Assembly (NCBI GenBank): GCA_035536815.1
Contig: DATLNJ010000145.1
Location: forward strand, 24,231 to 88,230
Source of the DNA: Frankiaceae bacterium
GTDB taxonomy: Bacteria > Actinomycetota > Actinomycetes > BP-191
DNA: 64,000 bases
Direction: 5' to 3'
Shown piece after piece: positions 51,168-60,695 of the stretch. The translations under genes and the position numbers were made by a program. Every line of letters starts with the position of its first letter. Position 1 is the first letter of the stretch. The notes under the pieces are model-generated. The model was not told the DNA's origin. It did no database searches and saw only the letters and a list, made by a program, of their open reading frames with translations.

Positions 51168-52127
51168 CTAGGACTGGTTGCCGCCGGTGACGATCGTCGT
51201 CTCCTCGGGCAGCAGCGCCGAGTACGTCAGCTCGTCCAGCTCGGCCCCGGGGTCGCTGACGTCGATCACCCGCAGCTCCGGTATCCGCAACGCGTCGAGC
51301 AGCAGCCGCAGCTGCGCCCGCACCACGATCGCGAACACGCACGCGCACCGGCCGCGCAGGACGTCCGCCTCGCGCTGGGCGAGCCGCGCGTCCTTCTCGT
51401 GCTCGGTCTTCTGCGCCGGGTCGTTCTCGATGGTCGCCGCGACCTTGGCCAGCTCGCGCGCCTCCTTCGCCCGCAGCCGCGCCGCCTCGCGGAACGCGCG
51501 CCGGCTGTCCACCACCAGGTCCTCGACCGGGGTCGTGCGGACGATGCCGTTCGGCAGCTTCAGCGCCGACGCCCGGTAGAACGCCCGGCGCGCCTGGATC
51601 GGGCCGATCAGGTCGCGCACCTGCTCCGGCGTCAGGTAGGCCTTGAACTGCACGACCGCCACGACCTGGCGGTCGCGGTACTTCGTCCCCAGGCGGCCGA
51701 GGCGTTCGATGTTGGTGCGCTCGTACGCCGCGACGTCCTCGCCGATGTCCGGTCCCAGCGTGCCGTCGCCGAACTCGTCCTCCGTCTGACCGGGGCCCGC
51801 GCCGGGGCCGGCCTGCGACTCGGGGCGGTTGCGGCTGAAGACCGTGATGCTGCTGACCAGCACGAGCGCCGCGAGGAGCACCGCGCCGAGCTGCGGTACC
51901 TCGCGCAGCAGCGCCAGCGGCCCACCGGAGGCCCACCGGTCGTCGAGCCGGCGCAGCCGCACGATGACCGGCAGCGGCGCGGTGGCGGCTGGACGGCGCC
52001 CGGCCGGCCGCGCCGGAGCCCGTTTGGCCGGCGGCGGCGAGCGGCGCGGGAGCACCCGCAGGGCTCGGTCCACGGCTTCGGCCAGCCGGGGGACGTACTT
52101 CTCGTCGAGGTCGCGGAGGAAGCTCAT
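51168..52127 (-). CDS. membrane-anchored hypothetical protein (319 aa)
   Basis: Single TM (LGAVLLAALVLVSSITVF); follows rluD with a 1-nt gap. Confidence 0.55.
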   Translation of the reverse strand: MSFLRDLDEKYVPRLAEAVDRALRVLPRRSPPPAKRAPARPAGRRPAATAPLPVIVRLRRLDDRWASGGPLALLREVPQLGAVLLAALVLVSSITVFSRNRPESQAGPGAGPGQTEDEFGDGTLGPDIGEDVAAYERTNIERLGRLGTKYRDRQVVAVVQFKAYLTPEQVRDLIGPIQARRAFYRASALKLPNGIVRTTPVEDLVVDSRRAFREAARLRAKEARELAKVAATIENDPAQKTEHEKDARLAQREADVLRGRCACVFAIVVRAQLRLLLDALRIPELRVIDVSDPGAELDELTYSALLPEETTIVTGGNQS

Positions 52128-52128
52128 C

Positions 52129-53058
52129 TCACGCCTCGTCCCGCAACGTGTCGAGCGCCGCCTGCAGGTCGGCGGCGTACGGGCTGTCGTACGACACCCG
52201 CCGCCCGTCGGACGGGTGGTCGAACGCCAGGTGCACCGCGTGCAGCCACTGCCGGGTCAGGTTGAGCCGGGCCGCGAGCGTGGGGTCGGCGCCGTACTGG
52301 AGGTCGCCGGCGCACGGATGCCGCAACGCCGCGAAGTGCACCCGGATCTGGTGCGTCCGCCCGGTCTCCAACCGGATGCTCACCAGCGAGGCGGCGCGGA
52401 ACGCCTCCTCGGTCTCGTAGTGCGTGACGCTGTCCCGGCCGCCCGCCACGACGGCGAACCGGTACGGGTGCGTCGGGTGCCGGTCGATCGGCGCGTCGAT
52501 GGTCCCCGCCAGCGGGTCCGGCCGGCCCTGGACGAGCGCGTGGTAGCGCTTGTCCACGCGGCGTTCGCGGAAGTCGTCCTTCAACGCCGAGTACGCGCGC
52601 TCCGACTTCGCGACGACCATCAGGCCGCTGGTCCCCGCGTCGAGCCGGTGCACGATCCCCTGCCGCTCGGCCGGGCCGTGGATCGACAGTCGGTGGCCCG
52701 CGGCGAGCAGCGCGCCGACGACGGTCGGACCCTGGTAGCCCGGGCTCGGGTGGGCGGCGACGCCGGCCGGCTTGTCCACGACGAGCACGTCGTCGTCCTC
52801 GTGCAGCACCCGCAGGCCCTCGACCGGCGTCGGCGTCGCGGTCGGCGGGGCAGGCGGCGGCGGCAGCGCCACGTCGAGCCACGCGCCGCCCTTCACCTTG
52901 TCCGACCCCTTGCGGACCACGCCGTCAACGAGGGCGCCGCCGTTGTCGACGATGTCGGCGGCGACGTTGCGGGACACGCCGAAGAGCCGGGCGATCGCGG
53001 CGTCCACGCGCAGCCCGTCCAGCCCGTCGGGCACGGGCAGCGTGCGGCGGTCGCTCAC
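52129..53058 (-). CDS. rluD: RluA-family pseudouridine synthase (RluD-like, S4 domain)
   Basis: [20 protein letters not shown] catalytic-Asp motif; N-terminal S4-like [16 protein letters not shown]. Confidence 0.9.
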   Translation of the reverse strand: MSDRRTLPVPDGLDGLRVDAAIARLFGVSRNVAADIVDNGGALVDGVVRKGSDKVKGGAWLDVALPPPPAPPTATPTPVEGLRVLHEDDDVLVVDKPAGVAAHPSPGYQGPTVVGALLAAGHRLSIHGPAERQGIVHRLDAGTSGLMVVAKSERAYSALKDDFRERRVDKRYHALVQGRPDPLAGTIDAPIDRHPTHPYRFAVVAGGRDSVTHYETEEAFRAASLVSIRLETGRTHQIRVHFAALRHPCAGDLQYGADPTLAARLNLTRQWLHAVHLAFDHPSDGRRVSYDSPYAADLQAALDTLRDEA

Positions 53059-53086
53059 TCGGGGGTCCCCGCGGCGGGCGGCAAGG

Positions 53087-53623
53087 TCATGCCTCAGTAT
53101 CGCCCGGCGGCGTCATCTCCACGCCGCGCACGGACAGCAGCAGCGCGAGCGCGGCGCCCGTGACGATCGCCATGTCGGCGACGTTGAACACCGGCCACAC
53201 CGAACGGCCGTTCCAGTGCAGGTCGATGAAGTCGACGACATGCCCGCGCAGCGGGCCCGGCGAGCGGAGCAGCCGGTCCAGGAGGTTGCCGCTCGCGCCG
53301 CCGAGCAGCAGGCCGAGCGCGACCGCCCACCAGCGGGAGGCGAGCTGGCGGGCGACCCGCACGATCACCCCGACGATGACCAGCGCGATCAACGAGAACA
53401 CGACAGTCGCGCCGCCGGCCAGGCCGAAGGCGGCGCCGGGGTTGCGGTGCAGGTGCAGCACGACGAGCCCCCCGAGCGTGTCGATCTCACGGCCGGAGAG
53501 GCGTTCGACCGCCCACACCTTCGTCGCGACGTCGGCGGCCAGGACGAGCGCCGCCGCCGACGCGAGGTACGTGACGGGGCTGCGCCTCAGCGGCGTTCCT
53601 CGCGCTGCTTGCAGGTCACGCAC
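53087..53623 (-). CDS. lspA: lipoprotein signal peptidase II
   Basis: [26 protein letters not shown] motifs. ATG at 53623 overlaps the dksA-like stop by 37 nt; CTG at 53590 would be the coupled alternative. Confidence 0.85.
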   Translation of the reverse strand: MRDLQAARGTPLRRSPVTYLASAAALVLAADVATKVWAVERLSGREIDTLGGLVVLHLHRNPGAAFGLAGGATVVFSLIALVIVGVIVRVARQLASRWWAVALGLLLGGASGNLLDRLLRSPGPLRGHVVDFIDLHWNGRSVWPVFNVADMAIVTGAALALLLSVRGVEMTPPGDTEA

Positions 53624-55062
53624 AGCGTCGCCGCCGGGCGGGCCATGAGGCGGGCCTTGGCGATGGCGTTGCCGCAGATCTCGCAGTAGCCGTAGGTGCC
53701 GTTGGCGACTCGTTCGAGGGCGCGCTCGACCTGGGCGAGCAGGTCACGGCTGTTGTTCGCGAGCGACATCTCGTGCTCGCGTTCGAACGTTTTCGTCCCG
53801 GCGTCCGCCTGGTCGTCGCCTGCGCCCTCGCCGCCACCCTCGGCCTGGATCTTCGCCCAGGTCGTCTCGGCGTCCTGGATCTCGCGGCGCAGCTCGTCGC
53901 GCTGCTGCTCCAGGTCCTTGCGGACGGCGTTGAGCTCGGACTTCGACCACTTCTCGCCCGGGGGCTGCGGCGCGGGAGCGGCCGCCTTCGCGGGCTTGGC
54001 GGGGGCGGCCTTGGCGGCCGGCTTGACCGCGGCGGCGGCCTTGGCGGGCGGCGGTGCGGGGTCGGCGGGCGCCTTGGCCGCGCCCGGCTGGTCGGCGCCG
54101 GTGGCGGCCGGGCGTGCCTTCGCGGCCTTGACCGGCGGCGTGGCCGGCGTCGCCGCCTTCGCGGGCTTCGCGGGCTTGGCCGGCACCGGGGCCGCCTTGG
54201 CGGTCTTCTTGGGGGCCGCGGCGGGGGTGGCCGGGGCGGCCTTGGTCGCCTTCGCCGGCTTGGCCGGCTGTGCGGTCGTCGCCGCCGTGCCCTTGGCGGG
54301 CTTGGCGGCGGCTTTGGCCGGGGCGACCTTCGCGGGCGCGGGCTTGGCTGGGGCCTTCGCCGAGCCTGCCTTCGCCGGGACCGCCTTCGCTGCCGCACCC
54401 TTGGCGGGCGCACCCTTGGCGGGCGCACCCTTCGCGGCGGGCTTGGCGGCGGTCTTCGCGGGTGCCGCCTTGGCGGGCGCGGCCGGCTTCTTGGCCGCCG
54501 CTGCGGGCTTGGCCGGCGCAGCCTTGGCGGCCGGCTTCGCGGGCGCGGCCTTGGCGGGCGCGGCCTTGGCGGGCGCCGCCTTGGCCGCCTTGGCCGGCTT
54601 CGCCGCGGGCGCGGCCTTGGTGGGCTTCGCGGCGCCCTTCACCGGCTTGCTCGCCTTCGCCGCGACCTCGGCCTTCTTGGTGGCCGGCTTCGTCGCGGGC
54701 TTGGTGGCCGGCTTCGCCGGTGCCTTCGCCGCCTTCGCGGGCGCGGCCTTGGCCGGAGCCGCCTTCGCGGCGCCCTTGGCGGCAGGCTTCGCGGCCGCGG
54801 GAGCGGCCTTCGCGCCCTTCGCGGGTGTCGTGGTGGCCGCGCGCTTGGCCGGCGCGGCGGACTTGGCAGCCGTCGGAACCTCCTTGGCCGGTGCGGGACG
54901 TACCGTGACCGAAGACGGCTCCGGAGGCAACTCCACCGGCCCGCCCCCGCCCCGGCGGCCGCCCAGCAGCTTGGCAAGACGCCCCTTGGCGGCCCGGCCG
55001 CGCGCATCGGCCTCGAACGTCAGGCGCTGCGAGCGCTGCGAGCTGACCGGGTACCTGGTCAT
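53587..55062 (-). CDS. DksA/TraR-family C4 zinc-finger regulator with ~330-aa N-terminal Ala/Lys/Pro-rich histone-H1-like repeat domain
   Basis: C-terminus coiled coil + [29 protein letters not shown] (CxxC-x17-CxxC). N-terminal iterations of PAKAA/AAKPA. Start at ATG (MTRYPVSSQ...). Confidence 0.8.
   Translation of the reverse strand: MTRYPVSSQRSQRLTFEADARGRAAKGRLAKLLGGRRGGGGPVELPPEPSSVTVRPAPAKEVPTAAKSAAPAKRAATTTPAKGAKAAPAAAKPAAKGAAKAAPAKAAPAKAAKAPAKPATKPATKPATKKAEVAAKASKPVKGAAKPTKAAPAAKPAKAAKAAPAKAAPAKAAPAKPAAKAAPAKPAAAAKKPAAPAKAAPAKTAAKPAAKGAPAKGAPAKGAAAKAVPAKAGSAKAPAKPAPAKVAPAKAAAKPAKGTAATTAQPAKPAKATKAAPATPAAAPKKTAKAAPVPAKPAKPAKAATPATPPVKAAKARPAATGADQPGAAKAPADPAPPPAKAAAAVKPAAKAAPAKPAKAAAPAPQPPGEKWSKSELNAVRKDLEQQRDELRREIQDAETTWAKIQAEGGGEGAGDDQADAGTKTFEREHEMSLANNSRDLLAQVERALERVANGTYGYCEICGNAIAKARLMARPAATLCVTCKQREERR
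53900..54900. repeat. coding low-complexity tandem repeats (gccttggcgggcgcg... encoding AKP-rich tail)
   Basis: Iterated cttggc/cttcgc(g/c)gg units visible across about 1 kb. Confidence 0.6.
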
Positions 55063-55354
55063 CGCTGCTCCGTCCCTGGCGCGTGGCCGGGTTGTCCACA
55101 AGTCCGCGTGCGGCGGCTGCGGTACTTATCCACAACTCGGCAGTCCGAGTGGCACGCAGGATAAGTCCGCCGCCGGGGGTGATCAACGCGCCGCGCCGTA
55201 CGGTTGCCGACGCAATCACGCCCCGGGCGAGCCCGCCGCCCGCGCCGCGGCGGAAACCTCCGCGCGCGGGGGCGGTGCGCCGGGCTATCGTTGCGGCCAA
55301 GCGACGACGGGGACGAGTACCGCCGTACGCAGCCAAGGAGCGACCCCGGGACGG

Positions 55355-55533
55355 TGCGAGCCGGGGGGCGAGCGCGGCGCGAAGATCACCCCCGAGCTCG
55401 GGAAGAACGGCGCGGCAGCGCCCAGTAGACCCCGGTGCACGACAAGAGCGGGCGGCGCGCCGCCAAGGAGGGTGGTACCGCGCGGGTCACCGCGTCCCTC
55501 CGGTCAGGGAACGCACGCGACCGGAGGACGAGA
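55355..55533 (+). promoter_or_regulatory. T-box riboswitch leader (Ile specifier AUC) controlling ileS, SD-sequestering type
   Basis: Specifier context cgcgaAGAUCAcc (AUC at 55383-55385); T-box consensus AGGAGGGTGGTACCGCGCGGG at about 55464-55484; anti-SD ccctcc facing the SD ggagga immediately before the ileS GTG. Confidence 0.6.
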
Positions 55534-58500
55534 GTGACCAAGCGCTTCGAGCCCGCCCCCGCCCAGCTCGACCTGCCGGCGCTCGAACGCCGCGTGCTCG
55601 ACCGCTGGGAGGCCGGCGACGTCTTCGGCCGGAGCCTGGCGCAGACCAAGGACGGCCCGGTCTGGGCGTTCTACGACGGCCCGCCCACCGCCAACGGCAA
55701 GCCCGGCATACACCACGCCGAGCCGCGGGTGTTCAAGGACGTGTTCTGCCGCTACCGCGCGATGACCGGCCACTACGTCCCCCGGCGGGCCGGCTGGGAC
55801 TGCCACGGCCTCCCCGTCGAGCTGGCGGTCGAGAAGGAGCTCGGCTTCTCCGGCAAGCAGGAGATCGAGCGGTACGGCATCGAGGCGTTCAACGCGAAGT
55901 GCCGCGAGTCGGTCCTGCGGCACGTCGCCGAGCACCAGGAGCTGTCCCGCCGGATGGGCTACTGGGTCGACCAGGTCAACGCCTACCGCACGATGGACCC
56001 CGACTACGTCGACGCCGTCTGGTGGTCGTTGAAGGTGGTCTTCGACAAGGGGCTGCTGGTCGAGGACCACCGGGTGGCGCCGTACTGCCCGCGCTGCGGC
56101 ACCGCGCTGTCCGACCACGAGGTCGCCCAGGGCTACGCGATGGTCGAGGACCCGAGCGTCTTCGTGCGGTTCCCGCTGGTGGACGACGATCGCACGCTGC
56201 TGATCTGGACGACGACGCCGTGGACGCTCGTCTCGAACACCGCCGTCGCCGTCCACCCCGACGTCACGTACGTCACCGCGCGGGTCGGCGACGAGCGGCT
56301 GGTCGTCGCGGAGAGCCTGGTCGAGAAGGCGCTCGGCGAGGGCGCGGTGGTCGAGGAGCGCTTCCCCGGCCGCGACCTCGAACGCCGCCGCTACCGCCGG
56401 CCGTTCGACCACGTCGAGATCCCCGACGCGCACTACGTCACCCTCGCCACCTACGTCACCACGGAGGACGGCACCGGCCTGGTCCACACCGCCCCCGCGT
56501 TCGGCGCGGAGGACCTCGCGGTCTGCCGCGAGTACGGCCTCCCGGTCGTGAACCCGATCACCGGCCGCGGCGAGTTCGCCGACACCGTGCCGATGGTCGG
56601 CGGCATGTTCTTCAAGGACGCCGACGCCCCGCTCACCGCGGACCTCGAGGCGCGCGGGCTGCTGTGGCGCAGCGAGCGGTACGAGCACTCGTACGCGCAC
56701 TGCTGGCGGTGCGACACGCCGCTCATCAACTACGCGACGCCCGCCTGGTACATCCGCACCACCGCCATCAAGGACCGGCTGCTCGCCGAGAACGCGCGCA
56801 CCGACTGGCACCCGGAAACCATCAGGGACGGCCGCTACGGCGACTGGCTGGTCAACAACATCGACTGGTCGCTGTCGCGCTCGCGCTACTGGGGCACGCC
56901 GCTGCCGATCTGGCGCTGCCCGGACGACCACCTCACCTGCGTCGGCTCCCGCCGCGAGCTCGGGGAGCTGGCCGGCGCCGACTACTCGGAGCTGGACCCG
57001 CACCGGCCGTTCGTGGACGACGTCGCGCTGCCCTGCCGCGAGTGCGGCGAGACCGCGCGGCGGGTGCCCGAGGTCATCGACTGCTGGTACGACGCCGGGT
57101 CGATGCCGTTCGCGCAGTGGGGCGCGCCGCATCGCAACGCGGAGACGTTCGAGCAGCAGTACCCGGCGAAGTTCATCGCGGAGGCGATCGACCAGACCCG
57201 CGGCTGGTTCTACACGCTGATGGCGATCGGGACGCTGGTGTTCGAGCGGTCGTCGTACGAAACCGTGCTCTGCCTCGGCCACATCGTGGACGACGACGGC
57301 CGCAAGATGAGCAAGCACCTCGGCAACATCCTGGAGCCGTTCGAGCTGTTCGACCGGCACGGCGCCGACCCGGTCCGCTGGCTGCTGCTCTGCGTCGGGA
57401 CGCCGTGGCTCAACCGCCGCGTCGGCCACGCCGGCATCGAGGAGGCCGTCCGGAAGGTCCTGCTGACCTACTGGAACACCGTGTCGTTCTTCACCCTCTA
57501 CGCCTCGACGGCCGACTGGGCCCCGGGCGGCGACGCGGGCGAGCCGACCGCGATGGACCGGTGGCTGACGTCGGAGCTGCACGCGACGGTGGCGGAGGTC
57601 ACCGAGTCGCTGGAGACGTTCGACACGACGCGCGCCGGGCGGCGGCTCACGCAGTTCGTCGACGACCTGTCGAACTGGTACGTCCGCCGCGGCCGCCGCC
57701 GCTTCTGGAAGGCCGACCCGGCCGCCCTGGCGACGCTGCACTCGACGCTGCTCACGCTGACCCAGCTCATGGCGCCGTTCGTGCCGTTCCTGACCGAGGA
57801 GGTCTGGGACCGGCTGCACGGCGACGGCGACTCCGTGCACCTCACGTCGTGGCCGGTCGCCGACCCGGCGCTGGTGGACGAGACGCTGTCCCGCCAGATG
57901 GCGCTGGTCCGCCGCCTGGTCGAGCTCGGCCGCGCGACCCGCGCGGAGAGCGGCGTGAAGACCCGGCAGCCGCTGGGCCGCGCGCTGGTCGGCGCGGCCG
58001 GCTGGGCCGACCTGCCCGACGAGCTCAGGGCGCAGGTGGCCGAGGAGCTGAACGTCCTCGCCCTCGACGCCCTGGACGAGTCGGCCGGGCTGGTGGACGT
58101 GTCGGTGAAGCCGAACTTCCGCGCGCTCGGCAAGCGCTTCGGCAAGGACACGCCCCGGATCGCGAACGCCGTCACCGCCGCCGACCCCGCCGCGCTCGCC
58201 GCCGGGCTGGCGGCCGGCTCGGCGACCGTGACGGTGGACGGCGAGGACGTCGCGCTCACCGCCGAAGACGTCGTCGTGACGGAGTCGCCGCGCGAGGGCT
58301 GGGCCGTCTCCTCCGAGGCGGGCGCCACCGTCGCGCTGGACCTCAAGATCACGCCCGCGCTGCGGCTGGCCGGCCTCGCGCGCGACGCCGTTCGCGTCCT
58401 CCAGGAGAGCCGCAAGGCCACCGGCCTCGACGTCAGCGACCGGATCGAGCTCTGGTGGGAGGCCTCCGGCGAGCTGGCGGACGCGTTGGAGGCGCACGGC

Positions 58501-58623
58501 GGCGCCGTTGCGGAGGAGGTGCTGGCTGTCGCCTTCACCCGCGGCGCCCCCGCCCGCGATCTCGCCCCTCACTCGGATCGCGACCTGGGTCTGACGTGGT
58601 GGTTGCGCGGGGCTGGTCGGTAG
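55534..58623 (+). CDS. ileS: isoleucine--tRNA ligase
   Basis: 1029 aa from GTG (GGAGGA upstream); class I HIGH-type motif PPTANGKPGIHHAEPRVFKD; KMSKS (KMSKHLGN). Confidence 0.97.
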   Translation: MTKRFEPAPAQLDLPALERRVLDRWEAGDVFGRSLAQTKDGPVWAFYDGPPTANGKPGIHHAEPRVFKDVFCRYRAMTGHYVPRRAGWDCHGLPVELAVEKELGFSGKQEIERYGIEAFNAKCRESVLRHVAEHQELSRRMGYWVDQVNAYRTMDPDYVDAVWWSLKVVFDKGLLVEDHRVAPYCPRCGTALSDHEVAQGYAMVEDPSVFVRFPLVDDDRTLLIWTTTPWTLVSNTAVAVHPDVTYVTARVGDERLVVAESLVEKALGEGAVVEERFPGRDLERRRYRRPFDHVEIPDAHYVTLATYVTTEDGTGLVHTAPAFGAEDLAVCREYGLPVVNPITGRGEFADTVPMVGGMFFKDADAPLTADLEARGLLWRSERYEHSYAHCWRCDTPLINYATPAWYIRTTAIKDRLLAENARTDWHPETIRDGRYGDWLVNNIDWSLSRSRYWGTPLPIWRCPDDHLTCVGSRRELGELAGADYSELDPHRPFVDDVALPCRECGETARRVPEVIDCWYDAGSMPFAQWGAPHRNAETFEQQYPAKFIAEAIDQTRGWFYTLMAIGTLVFERSSYETVLCLGHIVDDDGRKMSKHLGNILEPFELFDRHGADPVRWLLLCVGTPWLNRRVGHAGIEEAVRKVLLTYWNTVSFFTLYASTADWAPGGDAGEPTAMDRWLTSELHATVAEVTESLETFDTTRAGRRLTQFVDDLSNWYVRRGRRRFWKADPAALATLHSTLLTLTQLMAPFVPFLTEEVWDRLHGDGDSVHLTSWPVADPALVDETLSRQMALVRRLVELGRATRAESGVKTRQPLGRALVGAAGWADLPDELRAQVAEELNVLALDALDESAGLVDVSVKPNFRALGKRFGKDTPRIANAVTAADPAALAAGLAAGSATVTVDGEDVALTAEDVVVTESPREGWAVSSEAGATVALDLKITPALRLAGLARDAVRVLQESRKATGLDVSDRIELWWEASGELADALEAHGGAVAEEVLAVAFTRGAPARDLAPHSDRDLGLTWWLRGAGR

Positions 58624-58666
58624 GGGGTTTTCTTCTACCAGGGGGCCGTGTTCTGGTGGTCGGGCG

Positions 58667-58734
58667 GGGTGGGGCCACCTGGCTCACTAGGGCGACTGCG
58701 TCGCTTTAGTCGTTCGCCAGGTAGCCCCACCCCG
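58667..58734. repeat. ~68-nt hairpin-forming element, copy 1 (arms ggggtggggccacctggc / gccaggtagccccacccc)
   Basis: Read directly; its loop CGACTGCGTCGCTTTAGTCG is near-identical to the reverse complement of copy 2's loop. Confidence 0.5.
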
Positions 58735-58783
58735 CCCCTCCCCCTCACCGGCCCTCCGGGGCGCTGCGCTGGCAGCACGGAAA

Positions 58784-58827
58784 GAGCCCCCGCCGCGCTC
58801 GCAGCGCTCGATGCGCGGCGGGGGCTC
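58784..58827. terminator. GC hairpin (15-bp stem gagcccccgccgcgc / gcgcggcgggggctc) downstream of ileS
   Basis: Perfect inverted repeat, 14-nt loop. Confidence 0.5.
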
Positions 58828-58864
58828 GCCTCTCTCCCCGCGGGAGGACTTAGGGGAGGCGTCG

Positions 58865-58933
58865 GGGGTGGCGACCCTCTGGCGCGACTAAAGCGAGCGC
58901 AGCGAGCCTTAGCGCCGGAGGGTCGCCACCCCC
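58865..58933. repeat. ~68-nt hairpin-forming element, copy 2 (inverted orientation; arms gggggtggcgaccctctggcgc / gcgccggagggtcgccaccccc)
   Basis: 20/21 inverted repeat with 27-nt loop homologous to copy 1. Confidence 0.5.
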
Positions 58934-59058
58934 GACGCCGGACCCATGGTGGACGTCATGGCGGAACTTCACCCGGATGGCCCAGCAAGATCGCCCCCTC
59001 AGAACTCCGATGGATACGCCATACGGCACAACGCCCGTCGTCCGAACGGAGACCCACG

Positions 59059-59529
59059 ATGTCGCTCTTGGCAGTGGAGTCCGGTACGCGCCTCTCGCTG
59101 GCCACGCACGCGGTCGCGGTGCCGGCGCTGTCGTCGCACGTACGGCCGGCGCTGGTGCTCGCCGAGGAGGAGACCCGTAACCTGCTGCAGCTCGCCGGTC
59201 AGTACGACGTCGCGCGCGGCGGCCGGTTCTCGGCGGGCCCGGCGGGGATCCAGGTGTGGAGCGGCCCGTTCAACGGGCCGAACGGCTCGCACGGCACGGC
59301 CGCGCTGCTCGGCGCGGTGGACTGGTCGTACGACACCCCGACCCGCCACTACGCGACCGTGTACCGCGCGATGGTGACCGCCGCCGGGGTGGCCGCCGGC
59401 GAGACGACGGAGTCGGTCCTGAGCGCGGTGCTCGGCCTCGCCGAGATCCGCCTCGACGGCACGCACGTGACGATGCCCGCGCCGCCGCCGCGCGACCCGT
59501 TCCGCAGCTCGGCGCTGATGGCGCGCTAA
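59059..59529 (+). CDS. hypothetical protein (156 aa)
   Basis: C-terminal part of ORF 58648..59529 from the in-frame ATG; the upstream portion runs through the structured repeat region and is rejected. Confidence 0.45.
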   Translation: MSLLAVESGTRLSLATHAVAVPALSSHVRPALVLAEEETRNLLQLAGQYDVARGGRFSAGPAGIQVWSGPFNGPNGSHGTAALLGAVDWSYDTPTRHYATVYRAMVTAAGVAAGETTESVLSAVLGLAEIRLDGTHVTMPAPPPRDPFRSSALMAR

Positions 59530-59600
59530 CAGACGCTCGCGAGTCTCCCCGGTCTCGCGTGCACGCGGTCTCCCCGGGCCGCGAACTTCCCCCCGGAAAG

Positions 59601-59642
59601 CCGAAGGCCTCCCCCCCCCATCCCCGGGGGGAGGCCTTCGGC
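59601..59642. terminator. GC hairpin ccgaaggcctcccccc / ggggggaggccttcgg between convergent genes
   Basis: Perfect 16-bp inverted repeat; a second IR cgacggccctc/gagggccgtcg follows at about 59690-59730. Confidence 0.5.
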
Positions 59643-59738
59643 CTGTCCGGCCCCGGTTACACCGTCGCCCGGTCGAGCCCCGAATACGCCGACGGCCCTC
59701 GCCGCCGGAGCGGGAGGGCCGTCGGGACGAACGTCCGG

Positions 59739-60611
59739 CTACGAGGGCTTGCAGACACCGCAGGGGACGTAGCCCTGGCGCTTGGCCGTGGCCTTGCTGA
59801 GGTTGACGGTGCCGGGGACGTCCCTGACGAACCGGCAGGTCTGGACGTGGTACTTGCCGCGGTCGGGGATGACGACGACCTGCGACGCCGCGGTGCTCTT
59901 GGCGGCGGTGGTCTTCTTGGCCGGCTTGGCGGCCGCGGTCGTGGCGGCGGCGGCGCTCGCTGCGCTCGCAGCGCCCGACGCCGCGGCGGTGCGGGTCCGC
60001 TTCGCGGGGGCACGCTTCGCCGGGGCGGGGGCGGCCTCCTCCGGCTCCGGCGAGGTCTCCTCGGCGAGCGTGAGGGTCGCGGTCTCGGCGGTCTCGTCGG
60101 CGAGCGCCTCGTCGCGGGCGGTGTCGCCACCGCTGTCCTCGGTCGTCGTAGCCGCGGCGAGCGCGGCGTCGGGCTTGCAGACGCCGCACGACGTGTAGCC
60201 GTCGTCGCGCGCCTGCTCGACCGGGACGGTCTCGACATCGGGGCGACCGGCCAGGAAGCGGCAGTTCTCGACGTGGTAGCGCGGGCGCCCGGGAACGACG
60301 TAGACGTCGCCTTCGGAGCCGCCCGCCGCGGCGGCGGTGTCGCCGGCGTCGGCGGACTCGGTCTCGCGCGGCCGGAGCGACACCGCGGTGACCCGCTCCA
60401 GCGCCTCCGTGCCGGTGTCGGCGGTGTCGCCGGCGGCGGTCGCGGGCGTACCGCGGCGCTGCAGCGCACCGAGCAGCAGGAACACACCCGCCACCACGCT
60501 CGTCCCGATGGACAGCCAGATCATCTGCAGCCCCTCTTGGAGCAACCCGATGATCAGGAAGATGAGCGCGACGAGCACGAGCGCGCCACTGACGACGATC
60601 AAGACGGCCAC
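59739..60611 (-). CDS. membrane-anchored protein with two zinc-ribbon-like repeats (PxRxxYHxxxCRF...GYxxCGVCKP)
   Basis: N-terminal TM pair; duplicated motif VVPGRPRYHVENCRFL...GYTSCGVCKP and VIPDRGKYHVQTCRFV...GYVPCGVCKP. Confidence 0.6.
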   Translation of the reverse strand: MAVLIVVSGALVLVALIFLIIGLLQEGLQMIWLSIGTSVVAGVFLLLGALQRRGTPATAAGDTADTGTEALERVTAVSLRPRETESADAGDTAAAAGGSEGDVYVVPGRPRYHVENCRFLAGRPDVETVPVEQARDDGYTSCGVCKPDAALAAATTTEDSGGDTARDEALADETAETATLTLAEETSPEPEEAAPAPAKRAPAKRTRTAAASGAASAASAAAATTAAAKPAKKTTAAKSTAASQVVVIPDRGKYHVQTCRFVRDVPGTVNLSKATAKRQGYVPCGVCKPS

Positions 60612-60695
60612 CTTTGCAACGAGACCAGACCGGTCTGGAGGTCAGCGCGCATCCTACATATCCGGCGGAGCGGACGAGGAACCGCGCGGGGTCGG

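Noticed and set aside
53616-55537. Multiple long ORFs on both strands across the AKP-repeat region (53616..54428 -, 53696..55537 +, 53744..55336 -, 53773..55164 +, 54270..54908 +)
   Set aside because: Artifacts of the GC-rich tandem repeat being open in all frames. Only the frame ending in the DksA C4 zinc finger is meaningful.
58648-59058. N-terminal 137 codons of ORF 58648..59529
   Set aside because: Runs through the structured inverted-repeat/hairpin region downstream of ileS with Pro/Gly/Arg-rich translation. Gene more plausibly starts at the ATG at 59059.
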